Positions 36,883 to 47,314 are shown, counted from the stretch's first letter. The stretch is DNA of 64,000 bases from Candidatus Kaiserbacteria bacterium (GCA_027451665.1 DAIDIW010000005.1:2955-66954); one strand, 5' to 3'. Notes: generated from the sequence alone by a model not told the origin. Translations and numbers: made by a program.

Positions 36883-37467
36883 GTGGCGACTTTTTCAAAG
36901 GCCGAGGGATATGACACCATGTCGGACGCCGAGCTTCTGGTGCTTAGCCGTCGGCATCCGGAATGCTTCGCGCTCATTGTGCGCCGGTACGAGGCGCCGC
37001 TCTTGCGTCGCGCTCGCACCATCCTCCGAAGTCCCGAGGACGCGGAAGAGGCCGTGCAGGACGCGTTCACGAAGATGTATCTCTACGCCGACCGGTACCG
37101 CCCGCAGGAGGGAGCTACGTTCTCATCCTGGGCGTACACCATCTTGAATCGCGTCGCGTACACGCGCTACCGTGCGTGCCGCAGCGAAGCGGACAAGCGC
37201 GCGGACTTCGATCCGGAGCAGTTCGAACGGCTACCGGATGCTCGCGCTGATTTCTTGGACGACCTTACGGTGCGCGATGAGGTGCTCGCGGCCCTCGCGA
37301 AGCTCCCTGAGGCAGCAGCGCGGCTTCTGCGGCTCCAATTTATAGAGGGGAAGAGTCAGGAAGAGATTGCGACGGGCGAGCGGCTCTCGATACCAGCGGT
37401 AAAGACGCGCGTGCATCGCGCGAAGAAGCTTTTCAAGAAGGCGTATGATGAACAGCACTATGACTGA
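36883..37467 (+). CDS. ECF RNA polymerase sigma factor
   Basis: DAEEAVQDAF, FSSWAYTI, EEIA...VKTRVHRAK; start uncertain (36883 GTG or 36919 ATG). Confidence 0.9.
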   Translation: MATFSKAEGYDTMSDAELLVLSRRHPECFALIVRRYEAPLLRRARTILRSPEDAEEAVQDAFTKMYLYADRYRPQEGATFSSWAYTILNRVAYTRYRACRSEADKRADFDPEQFERLPDARADFLDDLTVRDEVLAALAKLPEAAARLLRLQFIEGKSQEEIATGERLSIPAVKTRVHRAKKLFKKAYDEQHYD

Positions 37468-37795
37468 CCGACCCTCACGCATCGAAAAGACGGTCATGCG
37501 GCGCGTACGCATGATCTCGTTCGCGCGGCCATTGTGCTCGAGCGAAGCCTTCGCCGCGCTCCTCCTTGTCGCCGCGCTTTGGGCAATCGGCAGGGAAGTA
37601 TGGGTCGCGAAAGTGTTCTCGAACGGTCCGCATGATTTCGCGGGCCATGCCGAATACCTCGTGTATGCGTTCGAGCATACGCGCCTCGTAGTGCAGGCGC
37701 TCGTGCTCGTGACACTCGGTGCAACGGTCTATCTCGCGCAGGCAACCGCCCGAGTACTTACGGCGCACTTCGTGCCAGGAGGTCAGAGGATCTAG
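37460..37795 (+). CDS. Two-TM protein, putative anti-sigma factor
   Basis: Overlaps the ECF stop codon; VMRRV-type N-terminus and two hydrophobic segments. Confidence 0.6.
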   Translation: MTDRPSRIEKTVMRRVRMISFARPLCSSEAFAALLLVAALWAIGREVWVAKVFSNGPHDFAGHAEYLVYAFEHTRLVVQALVLVTLGATVYLAQATARVLTAHFVPGGQRI

Positions 37796-37871
37796 GCGAT
37801 GGGGTAGCAGAATCGGGGAAGCGCGCTCGCGTGCATTTGCACCTTGGCTGCCTCATCGAAGGAAAACGAAT

Positions 37872-38918
37872 CTATGCTTCCTTCAGCTTCTCGTGCACTC
37901 GTTTCAGGATCTCCTTCGCGACGGCCGGATGTTCCCTCAGGTAGGTGCGGGTCGCGTCGTACCCCTTTCCGATAGTCTCCTCGCCGAATTTGTACATGGC
38001 GCCGGATTTTGAGATGAGTTCATATTTCTCGCCGAGCGCGATGAGCTCTCCCTCGCGGCTAATACCCTCGTTATAGAGGAGGTCGAATTCGGTCGTCTTG
38101 AAGGGTGCGGCGACCTTGTTCTTCACGACCTTCACGCGCACGCGCCCGCCCACGACCTCCTCGCCCTTCTTGATCTGTGCGATGCGGCGGATATCGAGGC
38201 GCACCGACGTATAGAACTTGAGCGCTTTGCCGCCGGGTGTAGTCTCCGGATTGCCGAACATGACGCCAATCTGCATCCGGATCTGGTTTATGAAGATGAC
38301 AATGGTCTTTGAGCGCGCGACAATCGAGGTGAGCTTTCGGAGCGCCTGGCTCATGAGGCGCGCCTGCTTGCCGACGTGCTGCTGGCCCATCTCTCCTTCG
38401 ATCTCGTCCTTCGGCGTGAGTGCCGCCACCGAGTCGATGACGATGACATCGACATTGCCGCTGCGCACGAGACTCTCCACGATATCGAGCGCTTGTTCGC
38501 CCGTGTCCGGCTGGCTGATGAGGAGTTCTGAGAGTTTCACGCCGATCTTGCGCGCGTATTCCGGATCGAGCGCGTGTTCGGCGTCCACGAATGCTGCAAT
38601 GCCGCCGCCTTTCTGCGCTTCCGCGATCGTATGGAGTGCCAAGGTCGTCTTGCCGCTCGATTCCGGGCCGAAGATCTCGATGATGCGTCCGCGAGGAAGA
38701 CCGCCGATACCGAGCGCCGCGTCGAGGCCGATCGAACCGGTCGAGATGGACGGTATCTTCTCGGTCTTGCCGGCGCCAAAGGTCGTGATGGCTTCATCGC
38801 CGAATTTCGTGCGGATCTCCTTGAGTGCGAGCTCGATTGATTTCTGCTTTTCGTTCTTATCCGAGGTCGTCGCGGCGACTTCCTTCGGGGCTTTCACGGT
38901 TTTTGGTTTGGCAGGCAT
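37872..38918 (-). CDS. recA: Recombinase RecA
   Basis: [36 protein letters not shown]. Confidence 0.98.
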   Translation of the reverse strand: MPAKPKTVKAPKEVAATTSDKNEKQKSIELALKEIRTKFGDEAITTFGAGKTEKIPSISTGSIGLDAALGIGGLPRGRIIEIFGPESSGKTTLALHTIAEAQKGGGIAAFVDAEHALDPEYARKIGVKLSELLISQPDTGEQALDIVESLVRSGNVDVIVIDSVAALTPKDEIEGEMGQQHVGKQARLMSQALRKLTSIVARSKTIVIFINQIRMQIGVMFGNPETTPGGKALKFYTSVRLDIRRIAQIKKGEEVVGGRVRVKVVKNKVAAPFKTTEFDLLYNEGISREGELIALGEKYELISKSGAMYKFGEETIGKGYDATRTYLREHPAVAKEILKRVHEKLKEA

Positions 38919-38942
38919 ACGGGTTGGGGTTATAGGGGTATA

Positions 38943-39266
38943 TTACGGTACGAAAATGTCGCGACGTTTTGTCACGCTCCGACCGAACCGGTCGGTCGCC
39001 GTGAAGGTGAGTATGTCGCCCCCCTTGGGGAGGATGAGCGACGTCGAGAACGAACCGTTCTGGTCTGGGATGAGCGGCGTGCCGTCGAAGGTGAGCGCAA
39101 CTGTGCGCGCGGCGTGACCTTCCACCGAGAGCACGCCGCCGGGCAGGGAAGAGTCATTCTTTGGTGTCGCGATTGCGAGCGAGGGTCCGATGAGGAGCGG
39201 GCGCGCTTCGAGGAAGCCGTATCCGGCGAGGATAATGAGGAGCGCAGCGATGAGGTATCTCGTCAT
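38943..39266 (-). CDS. Small membrane-anchored Ig-like protein
   Basis: N-terminal TM; P.LAIATP...ATDRFG beta domain. Confidence 0.7.
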   Translation of the reverse strand: MTRYLIAALLIILAGYGFLEARPLLIGPSLAIATPKNDSSLPGGVLSVEGHAARTVALTFDGTPLIPDQNGSFSTSLILPKGGDILTFTATDRFGRSVTKRRDIFVP

Positions 39267-39271
39267 AGGCG

Positions 39272-41494
39272 TCAGAATACGGATTCCTCTTCGTCGGGAA
39301 CGCTCGCGCCGCCGCCGGTGAGGATCTCGCGCGGCTTCGAACCGTCGGCTGGGCCAATGACGCCCTTGGCTTCGAGCACATCCATAAGGCGGGCGGCGCG
39401 GGAGTACCCTATCTTCAGCTTCCGCTGAAGATAGGAGGTGGATGCACGTCCTGCTTCCTCGACGGCATGCTTCGCGTCCTCATAGAGGTTGTCGTCCATG
39501 TCGTCATCCTCGAAGGAGCCGCTCGCGATGCCGATGGTGTCGGCTGCGTCCGTGACGAGAACGCCGTTTCCGCCCATGTCGATAGTGGAGAGATCGCCCG
39601 CGTTGTGGCTCTTTATGTAGCCGGCCACCTTTTTCACTTCCGTTTCGCTTATGAATGCGCTCTGGAGGCGTACCGGCTTCTGCATGTCGCTCGCGAGGTA
39701 GAGCATGTCGCCCGCGCCAAGCAGGGTCTCGGCGCCCGATCCGTCGAGGATGGTGCGCGAATCGATCTGGCTCGCCACTTGGAGCGCGAGACGTGTTGGG
39801 ACGTTCGCCTTGATAAGGCCGGTGATCACGTTCACTGACGGGCGCTGCGTCGAGAGGATGAGATGGATACCAACCGCGCGGCTCATCTGAGCGAGGCGCA
39901 CGATCGCGCTCTCAAGTTCGCGCGGATAGCTCTGCATGATGTCCGCGAGCTCGTCGATGACGATGATGATGTAGGGCATGGCTTCCGGCATGTCCTCGGC
40001 ACCCTTCTTCTTCGCCGGCTCATATACGGAGACATGGTAGCTCTCGATGTCTCTCACCTGTTCCGTCTCAAGCACGTTGTATCGCCGCTCCATTTCCTTC
40101 GTCGCCCATTTGAGTGCCAGGATGGCCTTCTTTGGATCAGTAATGACGGGTGTGAGGAGGTGAGGGATGCCGTTGTAGAGTGTGAGCTCGACGCGCTTCG
40201 GGTCAATCATGATGAGGCGCAGCTGGTTCGGTCCGTTCCGATAGAGGAGGGAAGTGATGAGCGCATGGATAGCGACCGACTTTCCGCTTCCCGTCGCGCC
40301 CGCGACGAGCGCATGCGGCATCTTCGCGACGTTTACGTAATGCGGTGTGCCAGTTATGTCGCGTCCGATAGCGGCGAGGAGCGGTTTCTTGCTCTCTTGC
40401 CAGTCCGGGGAAGAGAGTACGCCGCCGAGGCCCACCATCGCTTTCGTCGAGTTCGGCACCTCGATGCCGACGAGCGACTTGCCAGGAATAGGCGCTTCGA
40501 TGCGCACGGGATGCGCGGCCAGGGCGAGCTCGAGGTTCGAGGCGAGCGATACGATCTTCGAGAGTCGCACGCCTTCCGCCGGCTTCACGGCGTAGCGGGT
40601 GACGGTGGGACCGACCGATACCTCGTCCATCTCTACGTTTATGCCGAAATTTTGGAAGGTGCGCTTTATGATGTTTGCGTTCGCCTTGATGTCTCCCGTT
40701 CCCGGCTTTCCCTTATCCTCGCCGAGGATCGAGAGCGGCGGCGCGTCATACTCCGCATCGATATTCTTGATGCCGGTCGCAGCGGGCACCACCACACCCC
40801 CAAAGACGCTCACCACCGGCTCGCGCTCGGGTATAGGTGCATCCTCCTCCGGTTCCTCAGCCTTATCTTTGCCGGCTGTCGGTTCGTATGCTCGCTCGTT
40901 TTCAGCATAGGCGCCGCCGACGGCGTAGTCATCCTCCTCTTCGTCCATATGGCGGTGAGCGAGTCGTTCGTGCACGCGCTCGGTCGCGGAGAGGAACAAT
41001 GTTCCGAGGCTCTCTAGATCGCTTACGATCACGATGCCTATCGCGATAATCGCGATGAGAAGTACGAGCGTGCCCCAGAACCCGAAGAAGTCATTCAGGG
41101 CTGTACCCAGCCAATTGCCTGCTTCGCCGCCCCAGCCGGTAGCAGGAAAGAGTCCGGCGAAGGCGAGCACGGATGCGGAGATGAGCAGGTATCCGGCGGC
41201 ATTGAGCGGCGCGAGCGTAGGCCGTCCGAATCCTGCATAAAGTCCCACGGCGACGAGTGCGAGCGGCAGAAGGAAGGCGCCGATACCGACGATTGCGTAC
41301 GCGAATGCGAAGGCGGCTCTGCCGGCGGGACCACCCGCTCCGAAGATCGAGAGGGCGAAGAGCACGCCGGCTGCCAGAAGCACGATGGCGCTCGCCCAGC
41401 GTATAAGTGCATCGTATTCCTTCACCTCTGCTTCGCGAGATGGGCGCCGCGCACCAGACTTCCTTGCGGCTGTTCGAGCTTTTCCCCGTGACAT
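39272..41494 (-). CDS. ftsK: DNA translocase FtsK/SpoIIIE
   Basis: 4TM N-terminus, AGATGSGKS, IDELAD, TQRPS, gamma domain LQRKLKIGYSRAAR; start moved to ATG 41494. Confidence 0.95.
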   Translation of the reverse strand: MSRGKARTAARKSGARRPSREAEVKEYDALIRWASAIVLLAAGVLFALSIFGAGGPAGRAAFAFAYAIVGIGAFLLPLALVAVGLYAGFGRPTLAPLNAAGYLLISASVLAFAGLFPATGWGGEAGNWLGTALNDFFGFWGTLVLLIAIIAIGIVIVSDLESLGTLFLSATERVHERLAHRHMDEEEDDYAVGGAYAENERAYEPTAGKDKAEEPEEDAPIPEREPVVSVFGGVVVPAATGIKNIDAEYDAPPLSILGEDKGKPGTGDIKANANIIKRTFQNFGINVEMDEVSVGPTVTRYAVKPAEGVRLSKIVSLASNLELALAAHPVRIEAPIPGKSLVGIEVPNSTKAMVGLGGVLSSPDWQESKKPLLAAIGRDITGTPHYVNVAKMPHALVAGATGSGKSVAIHALITSLLYRNGPNQLRLIMIDPKRVELTLYNGIPHLLTPVITDPKKAILALKWATKEMERRYNVLETEQVRDIESYHVSVYEPAKKKGAEDMPEAMPYIIIVIDELADIMQSYPRELESAIVRLAQMSRAVGIHLILSTQRPSVNVITGLIKANVPTRLALQVASQIDSRTILDGSGAETLLGAGDMLYLASDMQKPVRLQSAFISETEVKKVAGYIKSHNAGDLSTIDMGGNGVLVTDAADTIGIASGSFEDDDMDDNLYEDAKHAVEEAGRASTSYLQRKLKIGYSRAARLMDVLEAKGVIGPADGSKPREILTGGGASVPDEEESVF

Positions 41495-41763
41495 TGCAAG
41501 GTCAATTGTACCACCAGGATGCGACGTCAGGCAGAAATCACGAAGCAAATGAATGGAAGGCGCGTCCCTCGATTCCGAGACAGCTTGCACCCAAGTGAGT
41601 CGGTTGCAATCTTCACCCTGACCGGGAAGAAGGCGCTGAGGAACCCTCGTGGACGGCTGAAAGACAGTTGCGGGAGAGAGCAGGGCGCGTATACTTGTCC
41701 TTAACAATCTACATGGCGTCCGATAGCTTAAATGGACAAGTAAGAGACATACAGACGCATGGT

Positions 41764-42501
41764 ATGCGAGACAAGGACGCACATAATGATGACTTCGTCC
41801 TAGAGAAGAGCATATTCTCCAATATATTTGAAAGAGACATAAAACGAGTCTATATCTACAAGAAGGCCGAGCGGCTGGCGAAGGCCATCCACCTCATCGC
41901 GCCGGCATTCGTTGACTCGGCGTCCTTGAGAAACCGGGTAGACAGCATTGCGATAGGGCTCGTTGACGCCGCAATCCGTCCGCCGGTGGCCGCCCGTGCG
42001 GCGCTTTCTCGGGAGCTGCTCGCACTCTCGAGTGTGCTCTCGATCGCGCGGACAGGAGGAATGCTTTCGAGCATGAATGCTGAACTTATTGCGCGAGAGG
42101 CGCACCTGCTCCTCCAGGAGGTGGCCGCCTACGAAGAGCCCCGGCTTTTCCTCGATGACGTGCCGTCGCTCGCAGAGATTGCAAAGCGCGCAGGGAAGGA
42201 ACCGGTAGCGCGCCCGCATGCAAGCGCGCCCGAGAAACCGCGAGCGGCCGCCGCTAGTAAAGGACATGGAAAGGACAATCCCATAAAGGACACATATGCG
42301 GACGGGAAATTGCACGGGCGACAGGAGGCTATCCTCGAGGTGCTTCGCGGGCGGCCGGAAGGCGCGGGCATAAAGGATGTCTCGACAGTGATCCGCAATG
42401 TCTCGGAAAAGACAATCCAACGAGAGCTCATGGCGCTTATCGACGCGGGTGTGGTCCGCAAGGAAGGGGAGCGAAGGTGGAGCACCTATTACATTGTGTA
42501 G
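41764..42501 (+). CDS. Helical N-domain + C-terminal DeoR-like winged HTH protein
   Basis: RQEAILEVL...IKDVS...SEKTIQRELMAL...GERRWSTY. Confidence 0.8.
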   Translation: MRDKDAHNDDFVLEKSIFSNIFERDIKRVYIYKKAERLAKAIHLIAPAFVDSASLRNRVDSIAIGLVDAAIRPPVAARAALSRELLALSSVLSIARTGGMLSSMNAELIAREAHLLLQEVAAYEEPRLFLDDVPSLAEIAKRAGKEPVARPHASAPEKPRAAAASKGHGKDNPIKDTYADGKLHGRQEAILEVLRGRPEGAGIKDVSTVIRNVSEKTIQRELMALIDAGVVRKEGERRWSTYYIV

Positions 42502-42785
42502 GCATCTCGATTTTCTTACGCAGCCGCGCGAGGGTCTTGAAGGGCTTAGGAATAGGGCTGCAGAGATGAGTTTTCTTGTAAAGATCCAGGCGGCCGGAGG
42601 GAATTACTTAGAACACCGTAAGATTTTGACTCCTGCGCTCGTCTTTGCTAAAGTGCTGTCTGTGATAGCGACTGGGGAATAGTGCGCGCGAGAAGGCCGG
42701 GCCACGGTCTCTTTTTCGTGGCTAAAAACCTAGTTGTTATCCACACAGGCGTGCCAGAGATGCCCGATATCCCGCTATACTACAA

Positions 42786-42935
42786 ACCAGTCCTAGCGGG
42801 GGACTCGGTCTCTCTCTAGGCGGGCACTTTGATAACCGAATAGCGGCTTTGCAAACCGCATGACTCTTGCCAGCTAACCCTGGTGCGCGCAGGTCGATAC
42901 CGCGCGCAACAGGGATAGTGTGATTGAAAGTGCGC
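42786..42935 (+). promoter_or_regulatory. Structured 5' leader of the S-layer-like gene
   Basis: TATACT at 42776; several stems; GCGGGGGAC and CAGCTAACCC elements. Confidence 0.4.
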
Positions 42936-42989
42936 AGTGCGAAATCACCATTGATTAATCAGTGCTCCTAAAAAATTCTTAACAACGTT

Positions 42990-45900
42990 ATGCAAACGGT
43001 AACTACGAAAGCGATCGCGAAGGTCGCGGCGGTAGCGACCAGCCTTGCGATGGCAGTGTCCGTCGTCGGTGCACTTCCGGTGCACGCGGCGTCGCTCACG
43101 CAGTCGCAGGTGCAGTCGATTCTCTCGCTGCTCTCTTCCTTCGGCGCAGACAGCGCCACGATCGCGAACGTCCAGGCGGCTCTCACGGGCCAGCCTTCGA
43201 CGAGCGGTTCCACGGGTAGCTCGACTTCGGGCAGCTCGATGTCTTCCTGCTCCTTCACGATGGACCTCCATATGGGTTCCTCGGGTAGCGACGTGACGTG
43301 CCTTCAGAAGGCACTCATGGCGGCAGGCTACCAGATCCCGGCTCTTTCGTCGGGAGCGGCTTCCTACGGCTACTTTGGCGGCCAGACACAGACCGCGGTA
43401 ATCGCGTGGCAGAAGGCAGTCGGCGTCTCTCCGGCGTCCGGCTACTTCGGCCCGATCTCCCGCGCACATTGGAACCTTGGCGGTGGCAGCTCGACCGGCT
43501 CGACCGGCGGCTCCACGGGCGGTACGACGGTGACGGGCAACGGCCTCAAGGTCTCGCTCTCGCCGACCAGCCCGAACGGCTCGGTTCTCGTGCAGGGCCA
43601 GGGCATCGGTGATCTTGGAGACTTCGTCTTCTCGAACCCGACCAGCGCTCCGATCAATGTAACGGGCCTCACGTTCAACCGCATCGGCGTGTCGAATGAC
43701 TCGACGATGACGAACGTGTACCTCTACAACAACGGTACGCGCATAACTGACTCGGCAGGCGTTTCGAGCGGCCAGTTCTCCTGGACGGACTCGAACGGTC
43801 TCTTCACGGTTCCGGCCGGCGGCACCTACACGGTCTCCGTCCGCTCGGACATCGCGCAGAACACCTCGGGCCAGCAGATCGGTGTCTCGCTCGTCTCGGT
43901 CTCTTCGACCGGCACGCTCGATTCTTCGGTCAGCTTCCCGATTAACTCGGGCTACCAGACGATCTCGGCTGCGAACCTTGCAACGGTTCAGTACGGCTCG
44001 AACATCACGCCTAGCAGCACGACGATCAGCCCGCAGAATGACTTCCCGGTCTGGCAGGATACGATTTCCGTCTCCACCAATCCGGTGAAGCTCACCTCGA
44101 TGCGCTTCACGAACCTCGGCTCGATTGATGGCTCCTACCTCACGAACCTCCGCCTCTACGTGGATGGTACGCAGGTCGGTTCAGCGATTACGTCGATGGC
44201 GAACACCCAAACGGTAACCTTTGATCTCTCGAGCAACCCGGTGCTGCTCTCTACGCAGAGCCACACCATCAAGGTGCTCGCGGATATCACGGGCGGTGCT
44301 TCCCGCACCATCCAGTTCTCGGTGCAGCGCACCTCTGATGCGATGTTCGTGGACAACCAGCTCAACCAGCCGGTTACTCCGCAGAACAGCACGGGCGGTA
44401 CGGCAGGTTCGATGAACGCCGGCACGATCACCATCAACTCGGTCTCGGGTTCGACGGGCGTCTCGGTATCTCGCGATGCCGGCTCCCCGACTCAGCAGGT
44501 AGCGGTTGGTGCGACGAATGTCGACTGGGCTGACTTCGACATGCTTGCTTCGGGCGAGAACGTGAAGGTCTCTGACCTCTACGTTTACGCTGCGACCTCC
44601 ATACATCATGGAGGCCTCAACAACGGCAAGATAATGGTTAACGGCGTGCAGGTTGGTTCGACGAAGGCTATTGGTGAGGGCTCGTCCAACAAGACGGACT
44701 TCTCGCTCGGCTCTTCGCTCATCCTTCCGGCTGGCCAGACGACCAAGGTCTCGGTCTACGCTGACGCGCAGACTTCGACCTCGACTAACCTGAGCAACAA
44801 CGAGACGGTCGCGGTGTCCCTCTACGGTGCATCTAACCTCTCGAATGCGCAGGGTCAGTCGTCCCTCCAGACGGCGAACGTCCCGTCGACCACAGTGAGC
44901 GGCAACACCATTACGGTGTCCAGCTCGCAGCTTACGGCGACCAAGTACTCTGGTTATGGCAATCAGACCATTATTGCGGGCACGAACAACGCCAAGCTTG
45001 GCGCGTTCACGCTCTCGACTGGTTCGACTGAGGGCGTGACGGTGAACACCGTTGTCCTCACGATGAGCTCGGCGAACGCTGCGTCCATCACGAACCTCAC
45101 CTTGAAGGATGATGCGACGGGTGCGACGATCGGCTCGGTCATAACGACCCCGTCCTCGTCGAACTCGTTTGCGGTGAACTTCGACGTCCCGGCTTCCTCG
45201 ACGAAGACGATCGATGTCTACGGGAACGTGCTCTCGGGCGCAAACGACGGTCCGATTGTGATCTCGGTTGACGGCGCGACGAGCGGTGTTGGCGACAGCA
45301 CCGGTACGGCGGCGGCGGCTGGCACGTCGGGTACGGCGGCGGCTACCCTTCAGACCGTATCGGTCGGCACGGGTACGCTCGGCGTCTCGACGGGTGCTAA
45401 CTACCAGACGTCTGCAAACGTTCTCGCGGGTGCAAGCTCCGTGAACGTCGGTGAGTTCACCTTCACGGGCTCGAACTCGTCATACACGGTTAACAACCTT
45501 GCTATTCTTGTCCCGAACAATGCGGCGACTTCGGTAACGAACGTCACGCTCTCGTACAAGGATCCGAATGGCAATGCGAAGACCGCGACGCAGGCGCTCC
45601 AGGTCAATTCTTCGAAGCCGTACGCGACCGCGACCTTCACCGGTCTCGGCATGTACGTCCCGATGAATGACTCGGCGAACCTCGACGTTTCGGTCGGTGT
45701 CCCGACCATCTCGTCTGGCGCAAGCTCTGGTGCAAAGATCTCGGTGAAGCTCGACACGAGCTCTGCTGACTTCCTTGCACAGAACAGCGCTGGCTCGGTA
45801 GTCACGAGCATCTCGGCTACGCCGACTGCTGCAAACGGCACCTTCGTAGTCCGCAAGTCGATCCCGACCTTCGCTACTATCCAGCCTACGAGCACGGTCC

Positions 45901-46388
45901 CGGGAACGGGTACGCCGCTCTACAAGTTCAGCATTACGGCTGATCCGGCTGGTACGATCGACTGGTCGCAGATTACGTTCAATGTGTCGACTTCCTCGGC
46001 TACGCTCTCAGGCTTCTACCTGACGAACGATAGCTCGGGCCAGGCGATCAACAGCTCGAACGTGAATGCGGCCTCGGGTGGCTTGGTAACGTTCAACCTT
46101 GCGAATAACTCGGGTCTCCCGACGTATCAGCAGGTTGGCGCGGGTTCGACGCAGACGTACGACCTGTACGCGACGTCGGTCACGCTCAGCTCGAGCTACT
46201 CGGTCTCGATCAGCCTCGCATCTGACAGCACCTATGCTGCCAATGCTGCGGCTTCCTCGATTGCGAGCGGCAATAAGGTTGTCTGGACCGATCGTTCGGG
46301 CAACAGCGACAGCCTCTCGACGACTGACTGGACCAACGGCTACCTCCTCCAGAACTTCACTTCGAGCGGCGTAAGCTACTCCAAGTAG
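42990..46388 (+). CDS. Large secreted S/T/G-rich surface (S-layer-like) protein with peptidoglycan-binding domain
   Basis: Signal peptide (VHA|ASL); LHMGSSGSDVTCLQKAL...GYFGGQTQTAV...GYFGPISR PG_binding_1-like; tandem beta repeats; strong codon bias. Confidence 0.85.
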   Translation: MQTVTTKAIAKVAAVATSLAMAVSVVGALPVHAASLTQSQVQSILSLLSSFGADSATIANVQAALTGQPSTSGSTGSSTSGSSMSSCSFTMDLHMGSSGSDVTCLQKALMAAGYQIPALSSGAASYGYFGGQTQTAVIAWQKAVGVSPASGYFGPISRAHWNLGGGSSTGSTGGSTGGTTVTGNGLKVSLSPTSPNGSVLVQGQGIGDLGDFVFSNPTSAPINVTGLTFNRIGVSNDSTMTNVYLYNNGTRITDSAGVSSGQFSWTDSNGLFTVPAGGTYTVSVRSDIAQNTSGQQIGVSLVSVSSTGTLDSSVSFPINSGYQTISAANLATVQYGSNITPSSTTISPQNDFPVWQDTISVSTNPVKLTSMRFTNLGSIDGSYLTNLRLYVDGTQVGSAITSMANTQTVTFDLSSNPVLLSTQSHTIKVLADITGGASRTIQFSVQRTSDAMFVDNQLNQPVTPQNSTGGTAGSMNAGTITINSVSGSTGVSVSRDAGSPTQQVAVGATNVDWADFDMLASGENVKVSDLYVYAATSIHHGGLNNGKIMVNGVQVGSTKAIGEGSSNKTDFSLGSSLILPAGQTTKVSVYADAQTSTSTNLSNNETVAVSLYGASNLSNAQGQSSLQTANVPSTTVSGNTITVSSSQLTATKYSGYGNQTIIAGTNNAKLGAFTLSTGSTEGVTVNTVVLTMSSANAASITNLTLKDDATGATIGSVITTPSSSNSFAVNFDVPASSTKTIDVYGNVLSGANDGPIVISVDGATSGVGDSTGTAAAAGTSGTAAATLQTVSVGTGTLGVSTGANYQTSANVLAGASSVNVGEFTFTGSNSSYTVNNLAILVPNNAATSVTNVTLSYKDPNGNAKTATQALQVNSSKPYATATFTGLGMYVPMNDSANLDVSVGVPTISSGASSGAKISVKLDTSSADFLAQNSAGSVVTSISATPTAANGTFVVRKSIPTFATIQPTSTVPGTGTPLYKFSITADPAGTIDWSQITFNVSTSSATLSGFYLTNDSSGQAINSSNVNAASGGLVTFNLANNSGLPTYQQVGAGSTQTYDLYATSVTLSSSYSVSISLASDSTYAANAAASSIASGNKVVWTDRSGNSDSLSTTDWTNGYLLQNFTSSGVSYSK

Positions 46389-46426
46389 TTCCTGACGGAA
46401 CGCTCAAGCTAGGATTCGCCTAGCAA

Positions 46427-46458
46427 CAAACAGCCCCCTCTTCGGAGGGGGCTGTTTG
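46427..46458 (+). terminator. Intrinsic terminator
   Basis: CAAACAGCCCCCTC-ttcg-GAGGGGGCTGTTTG. Confidence 0.8.
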
Positions 46459-46572
46459 CATTTGGGAGGTAATTTGTTGTTTCGGTGTAAGACGGGTTCG
46501 AGTTCCTGACCGGCACCTCAATTATTTAGGGGGTTCGGCGACCAAGGAGCAACTGTGGTATCCTCCGGACAT

Positions 46573-47307
46573 ATGTTCAACACCTGGTCTACCCGTAAGA
46601 AATGGCTTATCGGCAGCCTGGCGGCTGTCGTTGTCATCGGCATCTGCGCCGGCATGTGGTACTACACCGCCTACCACGCAGCGGCCGTGACGGCTTTCCC
46701 GATCAACCCGCAGGACACGATCGCCTCGTGGAATTTCAAAGGTGCCTATGCAGGCAATGCCACACTCGTGCAGCAAGCCGAAGCGCAACAAACGAAATTC
46801 ACGGCGGAGCTTGCTGCAGCTAGCAGCACGAGAGCCTATGATCTCTATATAAGCATCGGTAACGACGCAAATCTGCTCGGCGATGGTAAGCAGGCCTATG
46901 ACGCCTACGATAAAGCGGCATCGCTCTATCCGAACCAGGGGCTCCCATACCTGAACCTCGGGCATCTCTTCGATGAGATCGGCGCATACTACACGGCGGC
47001 CGATGCGTACGCGAAGGCTGTGCATGTGGAGCCAGGCGTGCTCGAATTCGATGTAGAGCGGCTTACGTTCCTCACTCAGCAGTTCCCGAACAACTCGGCG
47101 ATGATACAGGCGGCAGTGAAGGACGCATACAGCCAGTTCGGTGATACAGCGCCGATCCTCGAGATTGAGGCGCAATGGCTCGAAGGGAAGGGGCAGTACG
47201 CCGGCGCGATAACGGCCTGGCAGAAGGCCAAGCAGCTCTCGCCTGGGCAGAACACCTCGGCAATCGACGCGGCGATTGCGCGGGATGAAGCGAAACTGAA
47301 GCAATAG
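46573..47307 (+). CDS. Membrane-anchored TPR protein
   Basis: N-terminal TM; AYDKAASLYP, NLGHLF, AWQKAKQLSP repeats. Confidence 0.8.
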   Translation: MFNTWSTRKKWLIGSLAAVVVIGICAGMWYYTAYHAAAVTAFPINPQDTIASWNFKGAYAGNATLVQQAEAQQTKFTAELAAASSTRAYDLYISIGNDANLLGDGKQAYDAYDKAASLYPNQGLPYLNLGHLFDEIGAYYTAADAYAKAVHVEPGVLEFDVERLTFLTQQFPNNSAMIQAAVKDAYSQFGDTAPILEIEAQWLEGKGQYAGAITAWQKAKQLSPGQNTSAIDAAIARDEAKLKQ

Positions 47308-47314
47308 TCGCATC

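Noticed and set aside
42500-42780. oriC
   Set aside because: Only one DnaA box, no clear AT-rich unwinding element, and no dnaA/dnaN nearby.
43480-43530. Short TCGACCGGC-type repeats in the S-layer gene
   Set aside because: They encode a Gly/Ser/Thr linker; not CRISPR or DGR repeats.
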